Under the pieces are notes generated by a model. The model saw only the letters and a list, made by a program, of their open reading frames with translations, searched no databases and was not told the DNA's origin. Of a DNA stretch of 64,000 nucleotides, positions 1-11,100 are shown one piece after another (position 1 is the stretch's first letter; each line of letters begins with the position of its first letter). The translations under genes and the position numbers were made by a program. This DNA is from Ascidiella aspersa. Lineage: Eukaryota. The stretch lies in the NCBI GenBank assembly GCA_963924565.1, contig OZ004615.1, forward strand, positions 16,182,001-16,246,000, read 5' to 3'.

Positions 1-40
1 TAACGGCCCAAATAGACATAAAAAGCGACATGCTTTATTA

Positions 41-80
41 TTCAAACGTTTCGGCAAATGCTCATGCCATCATCAGTGAT
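41..80 (-). ncRNA. Minimal type I hammerhead ribozyme motif in a Penelope-like pLTR remnant
   Basis: The minus strand reads UCA-CUGAUGA-U-GGCA-(loop)-UGCC-GAAACGUU-UGA. TATATAAA lies ~30 nt upstream (106-113) and AATAAA immediately downstream. Confidence 0.65.
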
Positions 81-442
81 ATGAAGGCCACATCAGTTAC
101 ACCCGTTTATATACACTTTAGTCGCACAAAGGAATGATAAAAAGGTTGGAAACAAGCGTCACAAAAACGATAGATAAAAAGGTGCGCAGAAGCGAGGTGT
201 AAGCCACCTGCGAGTGTGCGTCTGACGAAGATCCGTATATAGTGTTCCAAAATAAATAACCTTATTTTTTAATTTTCCGAGTAAATAAAATAACGTCCAT
301 TTCGTAACTCAATAAGTTACAGGCTTTGGGCGAGCTATACTAATTTTAATCGTGATTGGGTATTTCATATATATTGCTACCAACAATTTGGTATCGAATG
401 ATTTCCCAGGCCTAATAGATATATAATGTCAACAATCTTTAC

Positions 443-3400
443 CTGAAATTTCCTGTGACCGTGTTCACCCACACCAATGCACCTGTAAAGTGTTCTGCTC
501 CCACGCTTCCCGATTCGTCCATGACGAACATGATGTCAACCGAAAGTGTATTAGAGCAAGTGGAATCTAATGCAGAAAGAAGTTGAGGCTATACCAGTGC
601 GGCACACCAACAGAGCTAAAAGTATTCGGCGGCACACCTACGAAATATATGACGATCGACAATAGACAACAAACCAAATATTTTATGATTAAACGCGTCA
701 ACTTAGGAATAAAACAAATTTCGGAATAAGACCAAAATAGAACTATAATACCTATAATCGTAATAAAGTCGAAATCGGAAGTCCTAAACTCATCGGGAAA
801 ATACCTAAATGGCCAAGGTCAATACATCTCTTTACCTAACCTCAAACCCCACCCCTAAATTCATCACTAACTTCTCTAGTAATTTCGACTTAATTTCTTA
901 CCCCGCGCACCTATTACCCATCAATAACACCAAACAGGAGAAAATAACTCGGTTCAAACCATCCAAAGCATGACCAATTGCTCCCCAAACGTCCCATACC
1001 CCATGAATTTAACTTTTTCCGACTTGTTAGGTATTTTTTAGAAGATTTTAGATTTTAATCTGTCGTGGATATTGCTGCGATTTTGGCGTTATTATGACGT
1101 TGGCCTAAATACTATTGTAAATTATCTTGCTTTAGATACGGTACTGTTACTTTGTAGGCCTTATTGGACCATATATGGTCCTGGCCAAAGTCCTGCAAAT
1201 TGATAAAAGAATTACCTATAGAACGAAAGTTCATGAAGTTACATGTGGATAATTGCATAGGGTCTATTCTAAATGCCTGCCTTGAAGTACCATTTTTATG
1301 TTAATTCTGCTGAAAAAAGTACCCTTAAAAACACAATCAAAACCTACGGAAACGCCGCGGCACACCGGTTGCGGAGCACTGGGCTAAACTACGGAATTAA
1401 TCTAGCATTCCAAGTTCAACGCCTATTTAGGGCCAAAGGTTACCCTTATGCTTATATTGCGCCACAGTATTATATGTCTATGGTAAAATTACGATTTTTT
1501 TTGGATGATTACAGTCCTTTTTTATGAAAAACTTGCTCCACCGCTCGTTGAAAAACTTTCTCACGTATTTTCACGCTTCGTGAAAGACAATTTAATTTTT
1601 AAACGCATCGTTAGGACCTACGTCAATGTAGTCCCAGCATTTTGTAAGTTGTTGGTGTCAAATTCGTTTAAAAGTTATCTACTGACATTCAATCATAAAG
1701 AAATAGCATAAAAACGAAAAAAGAGATTAAAAATGTTTACCCGCCGCGCAGGGATTAGGTACTTCATGTACTCCGGTTGAGTTAACTTTATAACATGCAC
1801 CGTACATCCAAGGATCTGTGTTCGTCGAATAAGGACAAGTATAGCTGTATCCCGATCCACAAACCTTAAGAAATGTGTCATCGTTGGTTGAAAATTTAAA
1901 GAATTTTCTCAGATTTAACTGGACGGTATTGTTCTTCAGAAATTAATAAAATAACAAAAAAAAGTATTTTTAAAGACACTTACCCCACCACCCCTGAGGC
2001 ACCTGAGCCCTCAAAAAGTATTTTTAAAGAAAGTTTCGACCTAAACGTAAATACCTTAAATCTCAATATTTAAACTTCAAACGTTCGTCGAACAAGTATA
2101 TTTACCCACGACTTTTTTTGTGGTTGCTATAAAAATAATAAGTTTAACTATACTTACCATGACTTCTTTTCCAGTACTCGACGTATCAACAGACATACCA
2201 ATTGCTCCGACTTTTTCTAAAGTAAAATAAACGAAAATGGTAATAAAGCACAGTAATCTTTACAATGGAAACCTATTTTTGGTAAAAGAAGATTTGTTTA
2301 TCGCTCACATTGCTGTGACGTAATACACAGAGTTACTAGTGTAGCAGCTTGCCAAATTTCAAGCTGTTGCTTAATTTAGAGCAATTTGCGCAAGGAATTT
2401 ATAACTCGATAAAACTTACTTCTTTTATTATAGCCTGAACAGGGGTGGATCAAGAATTTTATTTAAACATTTTCAGAAATTACGCCGCAAAGTCACGTCA
2501 AAACGTGATGTCATAATAAAGCAAAGGAATCCTTTTGTTATTGGCATCACTCATGCGCCTATGTGCTATTAAAATGAAAGTATATACATTAAAAAGACAG
2601 CGCGAAGGTCGAAAAAAAATTTGCTTATTTGGATTGAATTGGCAATAGGTTTAGAAGCGAAACGATTTGTGCAAAAAAAATATAGCTTGCTCAATATTAT
2701 GGTAGTATTAAGATGATTTTGGCAAACCTCATACCATTGACCCGGCAAATGTATTACAACGAAGACAGGTAAAACTTTGCTTAAAGAGAAAAGGCACGAA
2801 GTGTATTTATTTTGCTAAAATATTGGGTTGAAGAGGTGCTACTTATGCGTTTCAGCCATGATTTGTGATCCAACGCCGTGCTTCTACGTCAAAAGGTAAC
2901 TTTTTCAAAAAAGTTAGCAACATAAAGTAACTTAACTTCATAATGCTTAAGTAAATTTTGACGTAAAAACCTGGAAAAGAATACGTAGAGCGTTTTGATT
3001 TCTTTTTATTTATTTTGTTTGTTTAAGAAGTAATGCCATTTGGTACATTTTTTTAAACAATATCGGGTATCGCTATCGTTATAAAATATAAAGTTTCGGA
3101 CATCCCTAAACGTAGTACGTTATGCAAAACACAATATTGATTTTCAAAACGTAAGGACAAAAAAAAGATCGTTATAGACTGAAATTGCATTCGAGAATGG
3201 TCACATAAGTAGGTTATACAAAGTTTTTTAATTTTTTTCATTATTTTTACACTGTATTATAACAAAACTGTTTGCTCTTGAATTTTATGGAAAAGCTGTC
3301 GTAGTTCTTTTAAGTTGGACTTTCATAGTATAGCTATTTGTAAGCACAGCAACACTAACTGCTGTAATTATAGATTAACGATAACAAAGTCTTTTATAAA

Positions 3401-4304
3401 ACATTTTATTGTTATCGTGGATGATCTCGTGTGGACTCAACTCTTAAAACAAACAAACGCATTTTCGCGCTTTGCTCGAAAGCTTTGCTGTCTTAATTGC
3501 AGTCCTTGAAAAAAACGCGTTGTTTAATTCAATGATACATCAATATGTTTTCAATCAAAAATTGTTTCGCCCTACTAAATGACACATACAACAACCATCC
3601 AAAATATTAATTACTTCCGACATGATAAACGTACAAACAATGTAACCGCAAAATAAGAACAAAATCAAGACATACTTGTTGGAATTATATGAGTGCAAGT
3701 TGGATTCCTTGCGGAACACGTGTAGAAGGCGCCAGGTGGCACCGTGGCCACACGAACCCCGTAAGTAGGAGCGCCAATGTAGAACGACGGCTCTTGACCC
3801 CTGATCAACACAATTCACTCTTAAAATATCGCAAAGTAACAAAAAAATACGATAATCTCAGTTTCTAAAGACAACACAAAAATACTGTAGTACGCGGTAC
3901 ACGGTTTTTAATTGCGATTATAAATGGCATCTTTTATTGTATTGGTAATTGATCTTCATTATATTTTCAATTTTTTATCAAACTCCGTGCCAACATTCGC
4001 TCACTCGTATAGGTACAGTGTCAGTGTATATCTTATTTTAATGAATAAATTAAAGTGAACTCTTGAGTGTAACCCACGAGTTCGCAAAGGACCAAATCGT
4101 GTTGAGATTGAACATTTTACCAAAAAACAATACATACGGTCGAACGACGGCAGTGGTTGAAGCACCGAAGTTCGAGACTATTCCAGAGGATGATTTTGGT
4201 GGCGCCATCACGGCCGGGTTTCGAGACTCGATATTCTGAGCCCAAACGACATTAACAAAAATAAACGGTAACGATAACAACAGTGTTGCATATATGTGCT
4301 CCAT
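443..4304 (-). CDS. Integrin alpha subunit with I (vWA) domain, paralog B; first five coding exons only, gene continues past the left window edge
   Basis: GT-AG exons 4138-4304, 3676-3800, 2158-2216, 1741-1864 and 443-566 splice in frame. They give a signal peptide (MEHIYATLLLSLPFIFVNVVWA-QNIESRNP), propeller sequence FYIGAP, and the I-domain start DIMFVMDESGS (MIDAS DxSxS). Exon lengths and phases are identical to the paralog at 8185-27849. Confidence 0.93.
595..1381. mobile_element. hAT-type MITE
   Basis: Ends CAGTGC/GCACTG, internal GCGGCACACC repeats, 8-bp TSD GGCTATAC/GGCTAAAC. Confidence 0.7.
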
Positions 4305-4700
4305 TATGAAAGTTCGGAAGCCTGTAAAAGTAGAGACATCAATTAACTACCCAAGATAATCGCTTACCCTTTACATTCGTGCGGCTCTTTCATCATAACA
4401 TAAAATGCTGCAATGACGTCGTTTTATCAGAGAACGTTTTAACCTATAAATGCTTTGCCGGCCCAAGACTACGTTTAATTATATGAGCATTGGACCCACA
4501 AACTATAATCCTGACCACTTTGCAGAAACAAAATTTTATCACGAAAAATTTGATTTCTACCATAAGGCGGGCAAACAAACATATCAAATTTCCATGTAAT
4601 GTAGTTTCGTACAAATGCAATTCTCAAATAGAACGTAACGAAAAAGCTATTGTCTTCCGATTAGGCTAAGTATGATATACCTTTATATAACTGCTATGAT

Positions 4701-4820
4701 CATTTCCTTGTGAAGGGCCTTTATAGGTGACTGACAACAAGTTTTTTAAATAGGAAATTGCGCTTGAGGCTCGTCATTTGTTTAACATACATACTCATAA
4801 CCTCTTCCGCCACGAGTAGG
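4701..4820 (-). promoter_or_regulatory. Non-coding block conserved between the two integrin paralogs (5'UTR exon/proximal promoter)
   Basis: Aligns with 28105-28225 (TTAAATAGGAAATTGCG..GAG.CTC.TC.TTTGTTTAA..CTTCCGC.ACGAG), with a donor-like site at the same position. Confidence 0.6.
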
Positions 4821-5994
4821 CCCGCCTAACACAAAATTCAGGAAAGGCCCACAGTCATTAAAATCAGATTCCATACAGTTAACTTATTTGCCAGCAATTA
4901 CTCAACGTGCCATTCTCTTGTTAATGAAGTTAACATTTAGTTGAAACCGATCGAAAATTTTGCCTCACATAGGCATAAAAAGAAAAGAAAATTTAGAAGA
5001 TTTTACCCGTTTTCTTACGCCCTTGTTGAGTGTTTGAAGGCAGTCAATCCAAGGACTGTATCATAGTCCACAAAACAAAGTAAATGTGTCATCGGAAGCT
5101 GAACTCAAAAACGGGTTTCCAAACTGTCAACTGGGTGACTGGGTCGTAGTTGTGAAATTGTTTACCATATTTTCGACTTTTGACCAATTAAAGTTGTTAT
5201 TTTCGAGTAGGCTAAACCTATTCAGTTTTTTGAGTTACTTAGAGCTTCCTTGTTACGTGTTAAGTGCTCATAGCGATTCTATTGTCTTCACCTTGTTAGC
5301 CGCTCCTACATTTGGCAGGCGGTGAACAATGACTGATGAACGCTGAAAAGATTAAAGTACTATTTTTAATTATGTACATTACTCACAAAAAGCTGGTACC
5401 TACATAGGCAAGTATATATTATGTTGAATCCAATGTTATTTTACATTTTGTAACCAAATAGTAACCATATAGTGTGTTGCATAGTAATCTAAACATTGAA
5501 ACAGCAATTATCGTAAATACATATAAGTTTAACCCCACACTAATAATTACTGCAGTGTCGTATTTGGTAGTTGTCACAATAATTAATGTACAAGTAAACC
5601 CATGCTTAAAAGCATTCGGGTACAGCGTTTGTCTCCATTTGCTTTTAACATTGCTTTTTTTCAACGTACGGGATAAGTGCCACAAAACCAGTAAAATAAA
5701 CGTGTCCAACACGTCATAACAATGTCATCCATATTCCTTATGTAACAGAAGTTTAAAATACTTCGAGACACTCGAGATTGGTCTCAAACTAAATAATATA
5801 TTATTGTTAACAAAAAACTCATTTGAGTCAAATCGATTAAAATAACTTATGACGTCATTAAGAAGTCGTTAAACAAACAAATCCTGTAATTGACGCAAAA
5901 ATTCCACTTAAAAAATACGCAATCACTTCTGCTTTCTGCTAATTAAAAAATTAAGAACAATTAAAGGCACCTCATGGATGTTATTAACAGTTGT

Positions 5995-6873
5995 CACTTA
6001 CAGATTATCGTCCAAGGTTTTTTCTTGGACAACAACATTTCTACAGGACATTCCCTTGCATTGACCGCATGCAAACGTACACCGCAAATTATGCTTTCTG
6101 CACGTACATTTTACGGTTGTGCATGTCGTTGTACAATTACATCGTATCACCAAGGAGGTTCTGTGGAGCTGCTCTTAAATCTGTCATAATAAAAATTTCC
6201 CTTTTCAACCTGAAAGTAGCCTACGTGCGCATGGGTAAGATATTTTATTGCAGTGGGTGTAGGGGGCAAATTTTAAGGTTCAGCACACTTTGTCGAATTG
6301 GTAGCTATCTCCAAGTAGACGCTTTTGTGTCTTAACTGGTCTAACGTTTCACCGGCATCACCATTATAAAGAAGAGCTACAGCCTTTGTACCCACTTTCA
6401 ATGACATGGATAAAAGACGATGCAGATGAATAGAATGTTATGCACAATCAGGAAACCCCGACGTCGTGTCGCATCCTAGTATTGTGTGTAGGAATAATAT
6501 ACTCCGTGACAAGTATTTTTAGAGTTGACACTTCAGAAGTGTGTTATGCCAAGTTTTGGTGCTGGAGGAATTATTTTTTGGAGCGGGACAAAAATACAAC
6601 TTATTTAGGGACAATCCTCATCTAGGTGAGCGTGTTAGATTAAGATAACTAGAAGATCTTTGTCATCTCCAACTACAATTGTGTTGATTTCTTTAAATGG
6701 CTGGACAGCCTTTTGAACAATGAGGACGTCCGTATCTTCCGGAGCTTGAAGGAATGTACATTTGCTTTTAGTGAGATATGACCCAAGCAATTTAATCAAT
6801 TGTTCCTTGTTTTTTAATTTCTCACAAACTCCTCCTTTTGCATGTTACATAGCATGTCACCACGGATGTCAAC
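5995..6873 (-). mobile_element. Decayed Academ-type (AcademX-like) DNA transposon fragment: XPG/FEN1-like nuclease plus Cys-rich zinc finger
   Basis: Minus-strand translation across stops and frameshifts gives KEEFVRN.KNKEQLIKLL...QAPEDTDVLIVQKA...VVGDDKDLLVIL...ILFLHTILGCDTTSGF...LDQLRH...NLPPT...AAPQNLL.IRCNCTTTCTTVKCTCRKHNLRCTFACGQCKGMSCRN. Confidence 0.75.
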
Positions 6874-8184
6874 AGTTACTCCAGTATTTCCATACGAGAC
6901 CAAAATTCTAGTAGAGTAACGTAATCGTCGAAATGAGACACAATAGGACCAAAATATTTTCAAATGGTAAACCTAACCTGTCAAACTTGAAAGTTTAACA
7001 GAACAAGCACAGTGTGTGTCATCATGTAAAAAATCTAGACCGTTGTAAAAAATCTAGAGCTACCAAATCAAACAAAATGTAGTCATGTCACCCAAACCTG
7101 TATTTATTGCCGTACGTAAATCCCTTTTTTTATATTCTAATATGTTTCTATAGAATGAAGCCCATTTTGATCAATCGTTTTAGCCCAAAGGCGTCATGTG
7201 TCCCATCGTACCTTGAAAACTAAAAGTTTTTTTTTAACTCAATCGATGTTAAGGCCATGTTTTCTCTTTGCGCAAATGGATAACTTCCCGTAGCTTTTGC
7301 ATAGTGTTTCGACGTGACGTCGACGTGATATTGTGGCTTGAGACGGCTACGTATTATATTTATTTAATAATTTTATGATTTTTATCGCTAATTTATAACG
7401 ATCTCAAGTTTGAACTGACCAAAGGTAATTTAAATTAGTCTCAAAACCAAATGTTGCATTGTTATATCTATATATACATTTATTCTGCATTTTAAGAACC
7501 TTTAATTAATGTTATTTAGTTTTCTATATATTTTTTTTAAATCTACAGAAGGAATTTAAATAAGCACACGTCACTTGTGTAATTCTATCTATATACGTAT
7601 AAGTGCAACGTAAATGGTAAATTAAACATAAAACCAATATTAGGATATAAAAACAAACAGCGGGCAACAGTAATAGATTTAAAACAAAATCAATAACAAC
7701 TCTATTTTCATTAAAATAAATGTAAATCAAAAAACTAATTGTTTTTAAAGTTGCAAATGCAGTGTAATTTCACATTAAGAACATATTTAGCATGGTTAAA
7801 GTGTAGGATGCGCATTACTCTTTTCTAACATTTTTCAGGGACGCAAACACTAAAAAAGTGCCACTATTCACGCACTTGTAGCGTTTTTTGTTGTGTAGGG
7901 CAAGAGATGAATCGCAGTTCATTCCGATTTAATAACAATACTTTCATCGAATAATTAATAAGTATTTTCTAACCCTAAAACAACGAGCTTCTAATACACT
8001 AACTGCACCGAAAAACGTAAACAATTAAAGTTAAACTGATTTAAAAGGGTTGAATAATAATTAGTAAAAAATTCTTAATTTTGACACATAATGCAAATTG
8101 ATTATTGATCGCCTAATTAAAGCTCGCATTCAGTCTTATTTTCGCTTACTCGGCTAAAAACATGTAGCGCTGTTATTTCAATTC

Positions 8185-11100
8185 TTATTCAGCGACGAGG
8201 TCTGCAGTACTTCGTGTGACGTCAGTGCCCATGTCTTCCATCGGTCCTGGCTCCGCAGCGCCATCGTTGGCAGCTTTCGCCTCCTGCAACTTATCCTGGT
8301 ACTTGCTGTTGAAAAATCCGAGCTGAAAAAATAACATTGTTATTTGTATGTACTTACACAACTAGCGCGGCAATAGTGCTACACACAGTTCTGAAATTCT
8401 GCTTGTTAAGTTTTTATACACAATTAATTTTTTTTATAAAACTATCTATGCAGTGTCATATTAAAATGACTTAAGTCCCAGTCTAAACACTTTTTACACC
8501 AAGGTCATTTCTCGAAAATACTTAAGTCCCTCATTTGAAAACCATGACGTAAGATAAATCTTTAATTCAAGTCAAGTCATTGATTTAAGTTTAAGTAATT
8601 AGCACACTGCTTCACACACAACACTGCTTCAATTTAGTTTGTCTTTGCCTCACCTTTGCATATATACCTTAATCCTAAGTTAAGTTAAACACTTATTTTA
8701 ACGCCTAAATGCTGGAAATCGCATTTCTTATCCGTAGCTTGAACTTCACGTCAAAAGTAAATAAGTTAACGGCATTGTGATGAGTAGGGCGATTAATCAA
8801 AATTTATTCAAGTCAAAATCTACAAAATGCACAAAAAACGTTTACAAAATTAACAAAAACTGTGGTGGAGTTTTTAAAATTGTCGTCCAGTTAAATATTT
8901 CATTAAATTTAGTTTTTGAATCACATCCAAAATTAGGCTCATTTCGAAACTTTTTTTTTTCAGATAGTTTTTTTATTTGGACAAATTAATTGAAGATTAT
9001 TTGCCGTGTCTTATTTCGGTGGTGGTTTGTAATTAGCCCATTTCATATAACTGTTTACTTAACAAATTTGTACATTTCTATGACTTTTTGTCATTTTGTT
9101 AAGCCACAAATATCAACTAATATTTTCAAGAAAATAGGAACTCGAAAAAATAATTGATTTGTGTTCCACCGGTCGTCAGTTAAACCCCAAAAAGAAATGT
9201 CTGACGATGCAAAGACACTTCAATACAGTACTTCATCGATTTAGAACAATGCGTTGCCAATTTATCCTAGTTGGCCAAATGTTTGTCAAAAAAATCGTTA
9301 GGACAGAATTGTATTTATAGGACAAAATTGCTCATTGGTAGGTCAAAAAGTAATCGCCCTATTATAAGCTATCCTTATAGGCGTGACCATGAATGAAAAA
9401 ATGTCAAATACAGCATTGAGATAAAAGTATTTGTTATATGATGTAACGTAATTAGAGAAAAAAATGTTAAAAAGTGTAATTCAGGAGGTTGAAAACACGA
9501 AAACAAGCAATCCTGTTACCTTCCACATAGCCAGGGCAACAATAGCAAGGAGAGCAACTCCACCGAGCACTGCTCCTATGATAGCTCCGATGTCAGTAGT
9601 GTTGGTGTTTCCTTTTGGTTGCGTGGCGACATTCCAACTCGTTACCAAGGTTGATGTCTTATAGAGCATTTAAAAATCAAAGAGAATAAACAAAATTATC
9701 TTATAGAAAAATAAAGACAGAAAATATCAGCTTTTGATTCCTTGAAGTCGATTTATGCGTTTTGTTTATACTTTATTTTATAAAATATATAACAATCCTT
9801 TCGAACAATGAAAAAAATAGTATTTGATCAAACTCAGTGTACCGAAACAGCGAAGTTGTCAAAGTTTGAATCTAAATGTAGATATGTGAGTTATAGTAAG
9901 CATGCAAATAAATATACCTGAAAGGTCTTTGCGTTGACGGCTGGCACAATAGGCGAGGCTGAAGCATTGAGGTAGAGTGAACTTGCCATCGCACTCTTGA
10001 CGCTTGACTGTTCAACACAAATATGTTATAAAAAAAAAAACTATATAATCAATTCAAAAAATCTAGATAAAAATCTCTTTTTTGTTTGACTTTTCATAAC
10101 ACTGTCACCAGTTAAACTTTTTTAATACCAAAAAGATGAATGGCCCACAAAAAAATATTTTAAGCGATTTAGCATATGTTTTGTTTCTTTCCATCATAGC
10201 GCCCCCATAAAAAAACAATGTAGTGACAGGCTTGTATTCGTTTAGCGTGTGATAAATTACTGTTGACTGGCGAACAATTTCATTTTGTTGTTATCTCCCC
10301 TCAATTTAAGTTTTATTGTGAATTACCGGTACTAAAAAAGTCAATCGCTACGAATAAACAGATGCGTGAAAGTTAAAACTAACCTGAGCCAAAGACGGTA
10401 GCCACAATTTAAAGAATGCTCGAGCAACCACTTTCCTGAAAACTGATTGGTTGAAAACTTGACAAGTAATCTCCCCGCAAACGACGTTGTTGCAATTCTA
10501 AAATCAACATTTTACCTGACTGACTTGTCCCGTTTAGAAACATTGCAACTTACGATAATGGTAATATTGTTCTTTTTTAAATTGTTGGTCAAAAAGTATT
10601 GAAATTGAACTTATTTATAACACACCGTGCAATGCACGAACTTCAAAACTTGCAAACAACAAATATGCGTATGACAATGTTCTAGCAAGTTATCAAATAA
10701 ACCAAATACCGTTAAAGTGGGCAAAGCTGCTTGGTTCTTCGGAGGAAATTGTATTGTAAAGTTTGACGGAAACAGAGGCTTGTATGTGGGAATGTTCATC
10801 GGGTTTAACTTGTTCGCCATCCCGCATCGACAAGAAGAAGACGGCTTGAATGAAAAAAAAAACATTTGTGGAAATAAGGGACGTTAACGCAAACAATCAC
10901 AATTTTCCGCACTAACGCTTAACAGTCACAGAAAGAATTATCAAATGTGCGCCCAGGCATTGAAAGGATTTACGCCAAACTCAAGCGCAAAGTTCGCACT
11001 GACTTTGTTTGAAATAAAATTCAATAAAATTGTTCATGATATTATACGTGGCTGTAGTTTTTTAGGCAGAAGCTTTTTGGTTCGACTGTGGGTGTATATT

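Noticed and set aside
1959-2030. 36-bp GC-rich insert between 18-bp direct repeats, with a minus-strand GTAAGT (possible micro-exon)
   Set aside because: The flanking exons already join in frame and match the paralog exactly, and the candidate micro-exon lengths (10 or 19 nt) would frameshift.
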